Of a stretch of DNA of 64,000 nt, positions 25,923 through 39,489 are shown in pieces. The stretch's first letter is position 1. Every line of letters starts with the position of its first letter. This DNA is from Octopus vulgaris (Eukaryota): the NCBI GenBank assembly GCA_951406725.2, contig OX597819.1, positions 108,996,001-109,060,000 of the forward strand. Reading direction: 5' to 3'. A program made the position numbers and the translations under genes. The notes beneath the pieces are model-generated. The model was given only the letters and a program-made list of their open reading frames with translations. It made no database searches and was not told the origin of the DNA.

Positions 25923-26006
25923 TGGCTGAAGATTGCTCAACATTTTAAAACTGATGTAATACTTACAATGTTTAATAAAATGAAGTAGCATGAAACGATC
26001 ATACCA
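25923..26006 (+). ncRNA. Degenerate type I hammerhead motif in a (TA)n-flanked Penelope-like fragment (~25910-26127)
   Basis: TGG-CTGAAGA, a long stem II closed by TGCT/AGCA, then GAAA-CGATCA-TA-CCA. Stem III is one CpG-type transition away from the palindrome ACGATCGT. Confidence 0.5.
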
Positions 26007-26711
26007 AATTACCGAAGATATATTTGTTGCTTATTTTGATTATAATCACCCCATGGATTTATATGGATAATACCATACAAAATTCTGGTGCCTCTGACTT
26101 CATTTGAATCTAAATTTTGCTGAACTTATATATATATATATATATGAAATTTTGAATTTAGTTTATGACCCTCCCCCCCCCCGGTACTATCTTTGCAGAC
26201 CACATGTTGGGAACCACTGACATAAAAGCTTCCTTGTGGGCTTAACCAGTTGTTTGTGTGTACATTTGTTAATATTATTGTTTAGCCTACTGTTATCCAT
26301 GATTCAGTAGACCAATGATCAAAGTCATCCCAACCGTGACCGTACTGTCTTATTCTTTACTTGATTTTTATTTATTTATTCTCAGGATAATTAAACCAGT
26401 TACTACATTATTCTATGTGTACTTTACCCTTCAAGTCAGCAGGGTGTGATATGATGATGAATTAGTGATATTCCAATGACCACCTAGACTGATCTTTTGT
26501 ACATGCTGTTTAGTTCCCTGTTCACTATGAACGAGCAGATAGAGGATCAGTCTAGTGAGTCCCTTTTTTATTCAGTGGGTCAGGAGCGCTGCTAATATTC
26601 AGAAGAGGAAGTATAGCGTCCATGATCTCATTTCAAGGCCTCTGAGATAGCTACAAAGGAAGGGGAGAAGTTTCAAAGACCTGACCAGAATTCTTGCAAC
26701 AGAACCCTACC

Positions 26712-27695
26712 CAGCACTGGATTAACCATTAAACAAAATAAGTACGTGTTTAGGGCATCAAGAGAAGTAGGGGGTAGCACAGAAATGGTAAATGGTTTAC
26801 AATACAAAAGAAATCACTTTAAACTTGCTAAAATAATATCCGAGACGCCTTTATCTCTACTGAGTATAGATGCAGATGTGTTATCTAAGATTAATTTTGC
26901 GGATCTCAGATGTGGTGTGCAAGAGACACGACCGTGCTAGTATGGTCATGTGGCGAGAATGGATGTGGATAGCTGTGTGAAAAAGTGCCACGCCCTAGCA
27001 GTTGAGGGAACCTGTGGAAGAGGTAGAACCAGGAAGACCTGGGATGAGGTGGTGAAGCATGACCTTCGAACATTGGGCCTCACCAAGGCAATGACTAGTG
27101 ACTAGGACCTTTGGAAATATGCTGTGCTTGAGAAGACTCGGCAAGCGCAAGTGAGACCATAACCTTATGGCCTATGCCAGGGGCCTAACCAGGTCGTTGC
27201 CAGTGCTACTGGACTGGCTCCTGTGCAGGTGGCACATAAAAAGCACCATTTGAGCGTGGCCATTGCCAGTGCCGCCTGACTGGCCCTCGTGCCAGTGACA
27301 CGTAAAAGCACCCACTACACTCTCAGAGTGGTTGGCGTTAGGAAGGGCATCAAGCTGTAGAAACTCTGCCAGATCAGATTGGAGTCTGGTGCAGCCAGTC
27401 CTCAGTCAAATCGTCCAACCCATGCTAGCATGGAAAGCGGACTTTAAACAACGACGATGATGATGATGATGATGATTAAAGACTTTGCAATTCAAAAAAG
27501 TAGGAGGAAACTTTTCTAATATAAAGAAAGTGGAAGTATACAAAAATAAACATTATTTTCCCTCTTACTGTTTTGTTTCGTCTTGAAAAGTAAAAAATTA
27601 TTTTATGGTTTGTTGTTGTTTATATTTTGAATTACATAATCTTTTATGGGGCACCAAAAGGGCTTAGGGCCTCGATGGGTCTTAATCCGGCACTG
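26712..27695. mobile_element. hAT-type MITE containing a nested RTE
   Basis: TIR CAGCACTGGATTAA / TTAATCCGGCACTG with an 8-bp TSD ACCCTACC/GCCCTACC. Confidence 0.7.
26899..27475 (+). mobile_element. RTE family B 3' end
   Basis: YGHVARMDVDSCVKKCHALAVEGTCGRGRTRKTWDEVVKHDLRTLGL followed by the family UTR and (GAT)n. Confidence 0.9.
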
Positions 27696-28494
27696 GCCCT
27701 ACCATCGAAGATCGTCTGTTAAACATTACTTATAAGCTGTGTTATCTTAGATCATGGGGACGGTGGGTTTTTGCTCAGAGGGTCCACGGATTTAGGGGTC
27801 CGTATGCCAATCTATGTGTACTGTAGTTTGCTGTCGATGAACAAATACAAGTCTTGTGCATTGTTTTGTCAACCGAGAGGGGTGGGGTTATAATGATGTG
27901 AAGACAACACTGCTCGCAATGCTTCGGTCGACCCGAACTTTAAAGTAGAAAACACTTTCCTAGGTTGCCGCGTAATCTGGTCGAAACCCAAACCACATAG
28001 TTGTGAGGCGAACTTCTTGACTGTGCATCAATACGCCAATATTCAACATGGGTATTCCGCCGAGGTCGACTTTGCCTTTCATCCTTTCGGAGTCGATAAT
28101 TAAGTACTAGTTGTGTACTGAGGTCGATCTAATCGGCTGCCCCCCTCCCCCCAAATTTCGGGCCTTGTGCCTAGAGTAGATACGAATATTCAATACGGGT
28201 GAAATTTTGTGGAGATTGTGCTGCTATTTCTAACCGGTTGTGCAACTCTTTATAAGCTGCCTCGTTGACCGGTTCTGCATTTAATCTTTGATGTTACGCA
28301 GCACGGCACAGTATTTTGTGGAGCTAATGATATTTCTGATACAACTGCTATTTCTATGACTTGTATTAACCATCGTTCTTTGTCACTACAGAATAATTGA
28401 GTTATTGTATTTTTAGCATTTCTTGGGGGAAAAGTAATATTTTTAAAAATAGTTTTATGGTATTTATTTATTTTAATGTTATTGTATACTGAAT

Positions 28495-28700
28495 GAATGC
28501 GTGGGAAATTTTAGTTTGTCGTCTAGTCAAGGCGGGAAATTTTCGACCCAGAAAACACAACAATAACAATTAAGTTTTGTAAGCCATGCTCCGTAAACCA
28601 GTGTATATCTACGGCTATTCTCGTTTTCACGGTCCTAAATCCAAGAAGCGACGATCCCTAAAAGAAGTCCCATACCTAATGGAAAAGTGAAAAGGTACGG
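28495..28700 (+). promoter_or_regulatory. Candidate promoter and first exon with a 34-aa sORF
   Basis: CpG-rich unique sequence with CGTGGGAA (CSL consensus) at 28500 and GGCGGGAAA (E2F consensus) at 28531. A GCCATG ORF spans 28586-28690, and a donor-like AAG|GTACGG follows 28694. Confidence 0.35.
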
Positions 28701-29152
28701 AAATAGAAGACAAGAATGAAAAAAATTGAAATTTTTAGAATCGTAAATTCCGTTGTATGAAAAACATGAGCGGAACATATTTTAAATTTAGTTTTTGTTC
28801 AAACCATTTAAGGTCATCGATTTTTCTGATCGTAAAAGCTAGGATATCCGACTTCAACATTTCTTTCTTTTTCTCATATATATCGTCCTCTTATATTATG
28901 AATAATTGATAAATTCATATTTTAGTTGATTGCATCTCGTGCATTGAAATCGATAATTAGTTAAATTTTCTGGTAGTCCACAGTCCTGCCTAATATGCAA
29001 CTAATGCACTCTTCCTTCACATTTTTGGCAATGCTTAGCAACTGAAAAACAAGAACCTACTCTTGCAAAAGACAGTTGAATGTGAAAATTTATATGACAA
29101 GGTTACAGAAGTGGAACGAAAATATTCTGAGATAACGTAAAAACAATTTAAT

Positions 29153-29459
29153 AACAAGAGCACTCAGAGAGCGCAAACCTCCGCCAAAGCAACACCAATG
29201 TTAGCCAGAGATGATTTTTAAAATGAGAATATCTGAAATAAATGAACACGACCGCTCCCAAAAATTAAGTGAAAAAACAGGAAAAATAATTCAGCATCCT
29301 AGTCCGGTACCGGATCGATCCCCAAATCTAATCAGTTCATGCCTGTCACGAAGCCAAACATCCCTGAAAGTTTCATCCGAATCCATCAAGCAGTTCTTGA
29401 GATATCTTATCCACAGACAAACATGACTGGAAACAATACCCCCACTTAGGCGGAGATAA
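29153..29459 (-). mobile_element. Helentron-associated (DINE-1/HINE-like) non-autonomous element
   Basis: Subterminal inverted repeats CTCCGCC / GGCGGAG, a terminal hairpin GCACTC.GAGAGCGC, T-rich ends and an ACAGAC remnant. Confidence 0.7.
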
Positions 29460-31747
29460 TAATCAAAAGTGTGAAAGAATAGTGCGTGTTACACACACGT
29501 GTGCATGTATGTTTATGATAGGCAGTACTTTGGGGTACGAAAAGAAGATTAATTAATGAATTTTCATATCATCATAAATCTTGAGAAATAACTACTTTAA
29601 AAAGAAAAAGTGTTAGTGTTTAAAACACTAACACTTTTTCTTTTCTTTTTGAAAATTTTAATTATCTGATTATTACACATAAAGAGGAAACTTGTACGGG
29701 TGGGGGATCATTCGATCTGCTATAAATAGCAGCAGTCAAATCGCATAGTGGAAGGTGTGCAAAAAGAAAAAAAAATGAACAATGAAGTTTTAAATATATT
29801 ATGCTTTAATAAAAGATTCGACAATCCCACCAGGAACAAGTTAGAGCCTCGAACAAAATGCTACTACACCCCTTAACGTTTTGAATTCAAATCCTGCCAA
29901 GTTCAAATACTTTGATCTTTCCAGAGTCGATAAAATAATATACTAATCCAGTACTTAGGTCGATTCAATATTCCTACAATGGAAAGGCGGTGAGCTGGTA
30001 GAATCGTTGGCTCACCGGGCTAAACGCTTAGCGGCATTTCGCCTGTCTTTATGTTCTGAGTTCAAATTCCGCCGACTTTGTCTTTCCGGGGTCGATAAAA
30101 GAAGTACCAGTTGAACATTGGGGATCGATGTAATTGACCTACCCACTTCGCCGAAATTGCTGACCTTGCGCCAAAATTTTGAACCAATTTTTCTAAACTA
30201 AGAAAAGCTAGAGTTGACCTGGGGTTAAACAGCAGCAACACTATTAATGATTTGTAAATTTCGGAGATGTAATGTATGAAATTGACCGAAATACTTGACT
30301 GGTGCTTATTTTATCATCCCTCTGAAATGACTAATAATTTCAACCTCGGCAGGATTCGAACGCGGAAAATATAAAGGGAGATAATTGAATGTCTGTTGCT
30401 CCACCGATTCTTTCACATGGAAACACGTACATTCTATTATATACAATACACTAACATCGATAGTAATATACATGCAAGTCTAAGCACGTGTATACATATA
30501 GCGAAATCAGCTACAGAAACACAGTTTTATCTATATCTGTGTAAAATGGGCAATTCTTATGAAGAGAGGTTCGATTCCTGGTCGCATTTCGTTTACACGT
30601 GGTTTGCTAAGGTCAGATCGTATAAAATACTTTGAAAAATATTGAATGGGTATTTTAGTTTTTCAACGTTTTTAGTTCAACTTCCATCGGACTCATATCG
30701 ATTTAATTTTTTTTTTTTCCTTATCTTTTACACGTGAAAGTGTGATCGTAAGATTGTAGTTTCGATTACTGGACAAGCTGTGCGTTGTGTTCTTGAGCCA
30801 AACACTCCATTTCATGATGCCCCAGTCCACTCAGCTGTAAACGTGTTCCAGCAATAGCCAAGAAGTTAACCTTGCGACCATCGCCCCGAAAAAAGCGTTG
30901 TAATTTCGACCACTTATACGTCATCGGAACCAGGTTTAGCTCCGGGATTTAAAATAAGCACAGGCGCTCAAATTTTTACTATAGGCACACGGTGGCCACT
31001 ACGTGACTGACTCCATACCAACCACTTAGGAATTTCTAACATTTGCACCTGTGATAAAAAAAAAAAATTATGAATGAAGGCAGTGAGGTTGACAAAAGGT
31101 TGTGTACCGAACTGAAACACCTCAAAACATTTGAAACTATTGTTGATTTCATTTGCTCTTAATCTTTAGGCACCAGTCATATTCTGAGATCAGGCTAATC
31201 GACGATTTATTTCTCCAACGAATGGTTATAGATAGATAGACAGATAGATAGGGGACGTTGAGTGGTGGATTAGTTAAACAGTAGAGAGCTAAAGAAAATT
31301 ATAAAGTTAGCTCTGAGTTCAAATCCAGTTGACAGTAACTTAAGCAGTTAACTACTGGAGTTGATTTAATCCATAGAAAAAATGTACGATTTTGCGCCTG
31401 TGTTAGAAATCATTGATATTGCAAATGAAGATAAGAACACTTCTCATAAACATTAATAAGGTTATTGGATAAGTACTACAAAAGCTTCGTCTTTATGTAG
31501 TGTGTATGTGTGTGTGTGTGAGAAGGTCAAGACAATTAGTTTGACAGGGCCCATCATTCTGGCAAGAACGTGGAGTAAATTAAATGAAGGGCCCAACCAG
31601 GATTCGAACCTGCCTAATAGACTCGGCTTACTGGAGAAGTTTATCACTTTACTGCATTCGGTATATATACATGTATGTATATATATATATATACAAAATA
31701 TATGTTATCCCATGGAGGGTTGAATTTGCAACCCCTATCTCAATTTG

Positions 31748-31780
<33 letters not shown>

Positions 31781-32956
31781 TTGTGAACTACAGACCTTCA
31801 GACGTAGAGGATAGTACGCACACCACTATAACCTAATTCACTTCCAAAAAAAACAAAAAAAAACAGTAGCAGTATGACCGGGTGTATAGCAGGTGTCTAT
31901 ATAGTCTCTGTATTCAGTCCTCTATAGATGTTTAGAATAACAGATCGGTGATACACGTTATGAGGAGGGGGAGAGACGTGTGACTCATCGACCTTTTTTA
32001 TGAAACACACGACAGACTGACAGGGAGTGGGGTGTCTGTTGTTGAAATGGGTGTGACAGCCGGCTCACAATCACACAGATACAGATATACAGACATTCAC
32101 TGCCATATACATATACCTACACAATGACATTAAAATTTGCTTAGTTAATAACGGATAAAGTAGAACGTTCTACTTTGCCTGTAATTTGCTTTCGTTTCTC
32201 ACCCCCGCTCTTTATCTCCCCTTCTCTCTCTTCCCCCTCTATGTCTCCCCCTCTCTCTATCCATCTATTTATCTTTATCTCTCTCTTCAAATCCTGCTTT
32301 GTCTTTCTCTATCTAGTCTCCTGTACTCTAGTATTATCAAATATGGTTTTTATTAAGGCACAAGGTCAGCAGTTTTAAGGGAAAGGGGTCAATCGATACC
32401 ATCGACCCCAGTACTTGACTGTTTATATATTTTATCTACCCGGAAATGATGAAATCCAAAGTTGATCTCGGCTATATTTGAACACATTCTTCTAGGCTAC
32501 AAGTTCAAACTCGGTTTTATGGAGGCTTCAAAGAACAAAAACAGGGGTACAACCCCTTCCTCTAAACTTGCTGGGGGTCGACTTACTGGCACCTGAATAC
32601 GTGCCAGTAATGTACTGTTTCAATTGAGCTGATCGTAACCACTTTGACAGTGTGACAGTATAAAGAGACTATCATTCAGAGCGTTAAGTGAAAACAGTAG
32701 GTAAGCAGGTGTCTTGTGACATTTACTTCAACCCTCATGTCTTAGAGTTCAAATCTTGTCAAGGTCGATAACACGAGGCACAATATTATACTGAGATTGA
32801 TTCGATCGATGGAACATCCTTCCGCAGACAAAATACTGGCTGTGTGCCAGAAACAGTAAACAAGATTAGTCACGATAGTTGGTAGACTTTGGATTGTCTG
32901 CTTCGTCATGAATCAGACTAGAAATAAAGACTGAAAAATTGAGAAGCATTAACACC

Positions 32957-35688
32957 ATGCAGAGGCGAAGCAGGGAAGGTAATTGGGTGTAGTCATCTCC
33001 CGGACGCAGGTGTAAAAGGTGGAATGTGTAAATTTCCTCTTGTTTATCCTGCTTGTTAGTTAAGGTGAGGGTGCCAAAACTTTCTGTGGCCCCAGGCACT
33101 GAGATACCTTACCACGCTACTAACACCACAGCTTTCTCTCTCACTATATATCTGAGAATCTATACCTAGTCAAAAATAATGGTGTCTGATTTAGGCACAA
33201 AAACAGTCAGTAAATAGTTGTAAGGTCAGTCAATACCATTGACCCCAGAGCTTGACTGGTATATTATTTTAACGGCCCCGGAGAGATTAGAGGCAATGTA
33301 GATCTCAATGAGATTTGAACTTGGAACGTACCATAAGGCACTTTTCTTCCAACACTCTAACGATTCTGCCAGCTTGCTACCGAATTCAGACGAAGGGTCA
33401 GACCCATTATGTAGTTATCCTCTTCTTATAGAATAAAAACTTATTCAAATTGACAAACTTCACTGTATAATTTTTTGGCCAATGCACACTACCTCAAGTT
33501 TCAATGAAATCTTTAAATTTAGGTTAATTTTTGTTAATATTAAATTAACACCAGCAGTACCTCAAACCAGTTAGGTAGCTTCAGCAGGATCACTTGACTT
33601 TCCTGAAATAACAGCCAAAATACAATGAATAGATTAAAGTGGTGGAGTCACAACTTGAATGTCTTTAATCAGAGGTCTTTCAGTTAAAGGTTGAACGTGG
33701 ATGAAACAACAACTACAATATTGATTTCTTTGATTATTATTAGAACCTTGGATCTTTAGTGGTTGAGGTTGAGCAAGTAGATTTTTAACAGTAGCATAAT
33801 GCCATAAATTTGACCAAAAGGTAAAATGTCTTGCAGTATTTAGTTACATTCCTTTATATTTTGAATTCAATTCTTGCTAAGTTTAGTTTTGCTTTATCTC
33901 CTTCCAGGGCCCATAAAACAAACGTCAGTCAATTATTGAGCTTAATCATCATCATCATCATCATTTTAATGTCCTCTTTTCCATGCTTGCATGGGTCAGA
34001 TTGAGTTAATTGAAGCAGATTTTATACAGCCGAATGCCCTTCCTGTTGCCAACCGTCACCTGTTTCCAAGCAAAATTAATATAATCGATTATTTCCCTTC
34101 CACAAAATTTGGGGATGACATTGGGCCAATTTAATTGCTTCAATACTTGAATGCTATTTTATCAACACCCAAAAAGAAAAAGACAAAGCTAATCCCAACA
34201 GAATTTGAACTGAAAATAAATACCACGATGCATTTTGTCCAACACTTCCCTACTTCTGTTGCTCTATCACTTAAACAACACCAATGATAATAACAATAAT
34301 TATAATAGTATTTTCTTTATTTGCTACAAGGGTTCAGTAAAAGGGGGCATTGGAAAGACAAACAACTGAGATATAAAAATGTCACTGTTACATCAGTTGA
34401 AAATATATGTATGTGTGTATGTATGTATTAGTTTATTTAAAATTACAAGTAATAAGAATATATGGATAACATGTTATAAATAATACAATAAATGTATTAA
34501 GGTAGTAAGCTGGCAGGACAATCAGCACATTGGATAGAAGATCATCAGAAGATATACTTTCTGATGGTTTGTGTTCTGGGTTCAAATCCTGTTATGGTCA
34601 ATTGTACTTTTCATCCTTTCAGTGTTGATAAAAAAAAGTACCAATCCAGGATGGTGGAGTTGCATAACTCTCTCTTCTGTTTTTTTATATTTTTACAGCA
34701 ACACTTGCAATAACAATAATGTCAAATTGTATCAACCCTTTGGTGATAGCCTTTCTCTTAGACAACATCAAAGAAGAGACATGGATGCATATGAAACTGT
34801 CAGTTTTTTTACGAAAAGAAAACCTTGCCTTGGCCTCTGCATACAGGTGTAGGTAAATAGTCAACCCTAACTAACAGAAGCCAAAAATAATAATGAGAGC
34901 GTCTTAGGACTGATCAGATGACGCTTTGAAACACTATGTCTTCTTCCTGTTGTCAGTCAAATGACAAAATCATGCTGTCCAACGATGCTAGAACAGTGAA
35001 ATGAACAGTATATTGTGAGGAAACAGAAATCTAATGTTTCAATCAGAACCCTTTGTTTGGGAATAACTTAAATTAAGAACAGAACTCTCATCTCTGCCTT
35101 CACCTTCAATTCAAATGGCAAGAAACAGCAACTAAGTTTGCCAAGTTAAAATATAGATAATATAGTCCTAGACATATGAAAACACTCCCATTATTGGCCC
35201 TGCATGAAACATTAGACATCTCCTTTTCCTCATGTCAAAATAGTTTACACCTCTTTGCAAGCCTTTTCATATTGACTATATACTAATAGAACATCACTAG
35301 TTTTCTCAGATTCTACTGTTTCAATTAGATACATTTGAATAAAACAAAACTGTCCTAGAGCTAAACAATAACAACTTTCATTTTGTGTTAGACTAGAAGA
35401 CTTTGTTCAAAAGGAAAAAAAAAAACCTGACTCCAAACCTTTCAGCTTTGACTACCAGGTTATCATCAATTTTATCATAGCTACAGACACAAAAAAATGT
35501 TTGACCTTCTTTACTGGTAGAAGACTGTGAAGAAAAAGTTTTCATGACAGCAAATGTTTGATATATGCCTATAAGTAAGCCATGGTCATATGAAAATTGC
35601 AAGTGGGACAGTCCTGTCTGTCCTCTCACATTTCAGATATGCCTCATTGTTTAAATGCATTCCTGTACAGCTTGTTATGATTCAATAG
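32957..35688 (+). CDS. Candidate 3-exon small ORF, 75 aa, unknown product (exons 32957-32978, 34699-34852, 35637-35688)
   Basis: CACCATG start; donors AAG|GTAATT and TAG|GTAAAT; pyrimidine-rich acceptors TTTTACAG and CATTTCAG. Phases are compatible and AATAAA lies at 35873. No family recognised; it could be a lncRNA. Confidence 0.3.
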
Positions 35689-37854
35689 TGACTCTTGATA
35701 GCACTGTAGACCAAGGACTTCTGGAAGTTATTTATAAGGCATAATCTGAAAATCCAGGAGAGTTTGCAAGGTATAATCTGAAAATCCTCCAGCAGAGTTT
35801 GCACAAGGTGTCATTGTTGATGTTCAAAGTTCCACTAAGCCAGCATTACTCTACTCTCTATTAACCATTTGTAATAAAGTCCAGTTTATTGTTGCAGATT
35901 TAACCCTTTTGTTACTGCATTTATTTTGAGATGCTCTGTTTCTTTCAATTACTTTAAATATAACGAAGAATTTAGTAAAATAACTTGGTTATCATTAAGC
36001 TAGTGTTAAGAACATAAATTTTGACTAAGGCTTGGTGGAAGATTTTAATTTAAAACTTATGGAAACAAGACATTTGTACTCAGAGCCAGAGCCGGTTTCA
36101 GCCAGGTTGGTAACAAAAGGGAAATCAAGGAAGCGGTTTTCTTCAACTTACATACTTCTACTTATTTAATAAGTGAAATCAACTCCACAACATATAATGA
36201 CTTCATAAGGCATGTTTCCCTCTACAAATCATCATATGTTAGATGGACAAGGTTATTGATAAGATATCACATACAAAATACGCATCATTTCTAATTTAAT
36301 CACTGTCAAATGAGTGTGCTAGACTTGAAAAATTAATTATAACATCTGATCTACTTGTAATTCAATAGTTATAAAGAATTGTATGAAAGTTTAAGAAAGA
36401 TTTATTATTCAATTTACTATTTGCCACAAGATATATTTATTGATGCAGTTCGGTGCAGCCTTCTGGTTTGGCAGTTCTTATCGAACAAAACAACCCATGC
36501 CAACATGGAAAGCAGACATTGAATGATGTTGATAATGACATACATACATATATACATACATGCATACATAAATATATACATATACACACACACAAGCACA
36601 CACACACACACACACTTATTTAAAGGCAAGGTTTCTCTCTGTCATTATTGTGTAACAATGACAGAAAACCTCAGCCTCCATTTACCAAAAAATAAATAAA
36701 CCCTTTTATATGTATTGAGTACATTTTTTTCGTGTTTGTATATGCAACCAAGTCTGTGCATGTATATATCTATCAATCAATGTGAGTGTGTGCGTGTGTG
36801 TGTATGTGTACACACATACAATATATGTAATATATAAATATATTTATATATATACATATATAGAGAAATAATATGTATATAATAGATATATATATGTATG
36901 TGTGTGTGTGTGTAAATACACACACTCACACACACACACACACTCACACACACACACATACACACTCACACACACATACACACATGCACACACACACACA
37001 CACTCACACACCACAGTACCAAGCTTGTGAGTGATGCATTGCTGCAGCTTCTTTTCTTTTTGCTGCTGCTGCTAATATCTATTGCCACCAACACCAGCAT
37101 TTGTAGTAGTAGTAGTAGTAGTAGTAGTAGTAATAGTAATGGCAATAGTAGCAGTATCACTTGACCAATATTACTACAACAATCATCTGCCGCCACTGCT
37201 GCATCTGCACGTGGCCTTTTGGTGCACTTGATAAGTTACGTCACTGCAGCACAGTTGTTGAACAACAGCAATGACACACTCTGCCAACTACAACAACAAC
37301 AACGACAACGACAATGACACAAGGACAGCACCGACAAGCACAGCAGCAACAACAGTATCATCAATAGCAACAACACCATCATCAATAGCAACAAAGTTGC
37401 TTTTTACGTGGTCGCTCAGTTGGCTAGAAATAGCAGCAAAATCTCTTTCAAAATTACAATCTACTGTCTCTGAGAAAAGAACGATATATTGGATAATGTA
37501 GACCTGAGAAATAGTTCTGACTGGAACACCTTTGGTTATACATCTGTATAACTAGGGCTTACTTGTAGTTAAATAGCAACAACAACAAGAAATATCACCA
37601 ACAACAATACCATCAGCAACAGAATGACTCACATCGTTACTGGGACTTGCAAAAATAATATTTACCATATTTTCAATCTCCCCAAATGCCAAGTTACAAC
37701 TGTAATGCTCCAGAACATGATTATACACTACCCTAACAACACTGTCTTATACACTCAGTCCAGATACACCCAGAGCGCTACCCAAGCAACACTGTCTGTC
37801 CCACTTAAGCCTCACTATCCATCCCACTCAAGCAAGACACTCCTACAATACCCC

Positions 37855-38083
37855 TTAACCCTTTAGCATTTAAACCGGCCATATCCAGCCAAAAGTATTC
37901 TGCCTGTTTTATGTTCAAACTGGCCAGATCTGGTCTCTCACACCAACCCTACAATATCATTTTAAAAATTAACAGCTACCTCATCAAATTCTCATAGTTA
38001 CAAGATAATGCATGATTAGTTCAAAACAAAGTGGATGAAAAAGTATTAATTTTGGCAGAATAATGCAAACACTAAAGGGTTAA
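37855..38083. mobile_element. piggyBac-type MITE family 1
   Basis: TTAACCCTTTAG...CTAAAGGGTTAA termini. Confidence 0.85.
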
Positions 38084-38636
38084 AGGTTACTAAAACACAA
38101 CCCTAACAATATTATCTCACCCACTCAGCCTAGACACATCTACAACACCCCAGAACACTACTACAACACAACCTCTTCTATTGAGCCCAAATATAAAAAG
38201 AAACAAATATGCACCTAAAGAGCAGGACAATCAATAGTCTCACAACCCCCAAAGTACTGGGATGTATATCACCAGAGATAAAGACCCTGGAAAAACAACT
38301 GTTGTGCTCTGACCAGCTTCACCTTGCTTACCTCTGCTGTGGTCATCAATATAAGCTACTTGAATCTAAAACCAGTCTAGGCATTAAAAAAAATACAAGG
38401 GCCTAACCTACTACAACAGTAACAATGTAATTGATTACTGTTGTTTTAGGGTCTAAACTGCAACGAAAACAATGTCCCAATTAGAAACAGCAACCAAATT
38501 TCCCTCAAACCATACTCTACCATCTTGGAAAAAAGGAATATATCAATTAATGTGGTGATGATTGACTGTCTGAGTTAAAGTCAGAACGGTCACAACAACA
38601 AAAGAATGTTATAAGCAAATGAATGAATCTCTACAT

Positions 38637-39379
38637 CAGTATTTCTCAAGGTTGCTGCACCAGTGGTGTTTAGCAATATTTAGGTTGAGCATGGATTACT
38701 TTGAAATGGGTTCTAAGTGAATAAATCTGGTAATAAAGTTTTAATTAAAACTCTTTTTGAATATATATATAAGTACTGCCTGACTGGCCCTCATTCCAGT
38801 GGCACGTAAAAGCACCCACTACACTCTCGGAGTGGTTGGCATTAGGAAGGGCATCCAGCTGTAGAAACTCTGCCAGATCAGATTGGAACTTGGTGCAGCC
38901 ATCTTGTTCGCCAGACCTCAGTCAAATCATCCAACCCATGCTAGCATGGAAAGCAGACGTTAAATGATGACGATGATGATGATGATGAAGATGATGATAT
39001 ATATATCATGTGATTATGTGCCAGGCCAGACTATCAGATGTTACACATTGCTGGTCACAATGCGTTTTTGCATTGTTTCAGCCTTTAAAAGGATGCCACC
39101 TTACTGGCTAACTGAACAGGACATCATTCTCCCCTGATTGAAAGGAGGACTGAAGCAACATGAAATGAAGTGTTTTGCTCAAGGGCACAACATACCACCT
39201 AGTCTAGGAATCGAACCCATCAGCTAGTGGTCATGAGTGCAAACAATTCTCTCTAACTACTAGGTCACACGACTTCATGTGTGTGTGTTTGCATGCTATA
39301 TACTAACATTGTCTGTTGATAGACAGGAAAGGAAACATCAAGGAGAAGTGGGTATGAGACAAAATGTTGAGAAACACTG
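38637..39379. mobile_element. hAT (Charlie-like) MITE with a nested RTE-B tail and SINE C
   Basis: TIR CAGTATTTCTCAA / TTGAGAAACACTG with TSD CTCTACAT/CTCAACAT. Confidence 0.7.
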
Positions 39380-39489
39380 CTCAACATGATTGCTTCACCT
39401 ACAATAAAATAGTAGCTAAATCTCATTCAAGTCACACTCTACTGTTTCAAAGATAAGGAAGTCATTGTACCATATAAATACGAAAAGAC

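Noticed and set aside
31584-31660. Possible tRNA on the minus strand (GGTTCGAATCC)
   Set aside because: Only the T-arm folds, with no convincing acceptor, D or anticodon stems. Probably a decayed SINE head.
34905-34945. Hammerhead-like CTGATCA...GAAAC...GTC
   Set aside because: The invariant G8 is missing and stem II does not pair.
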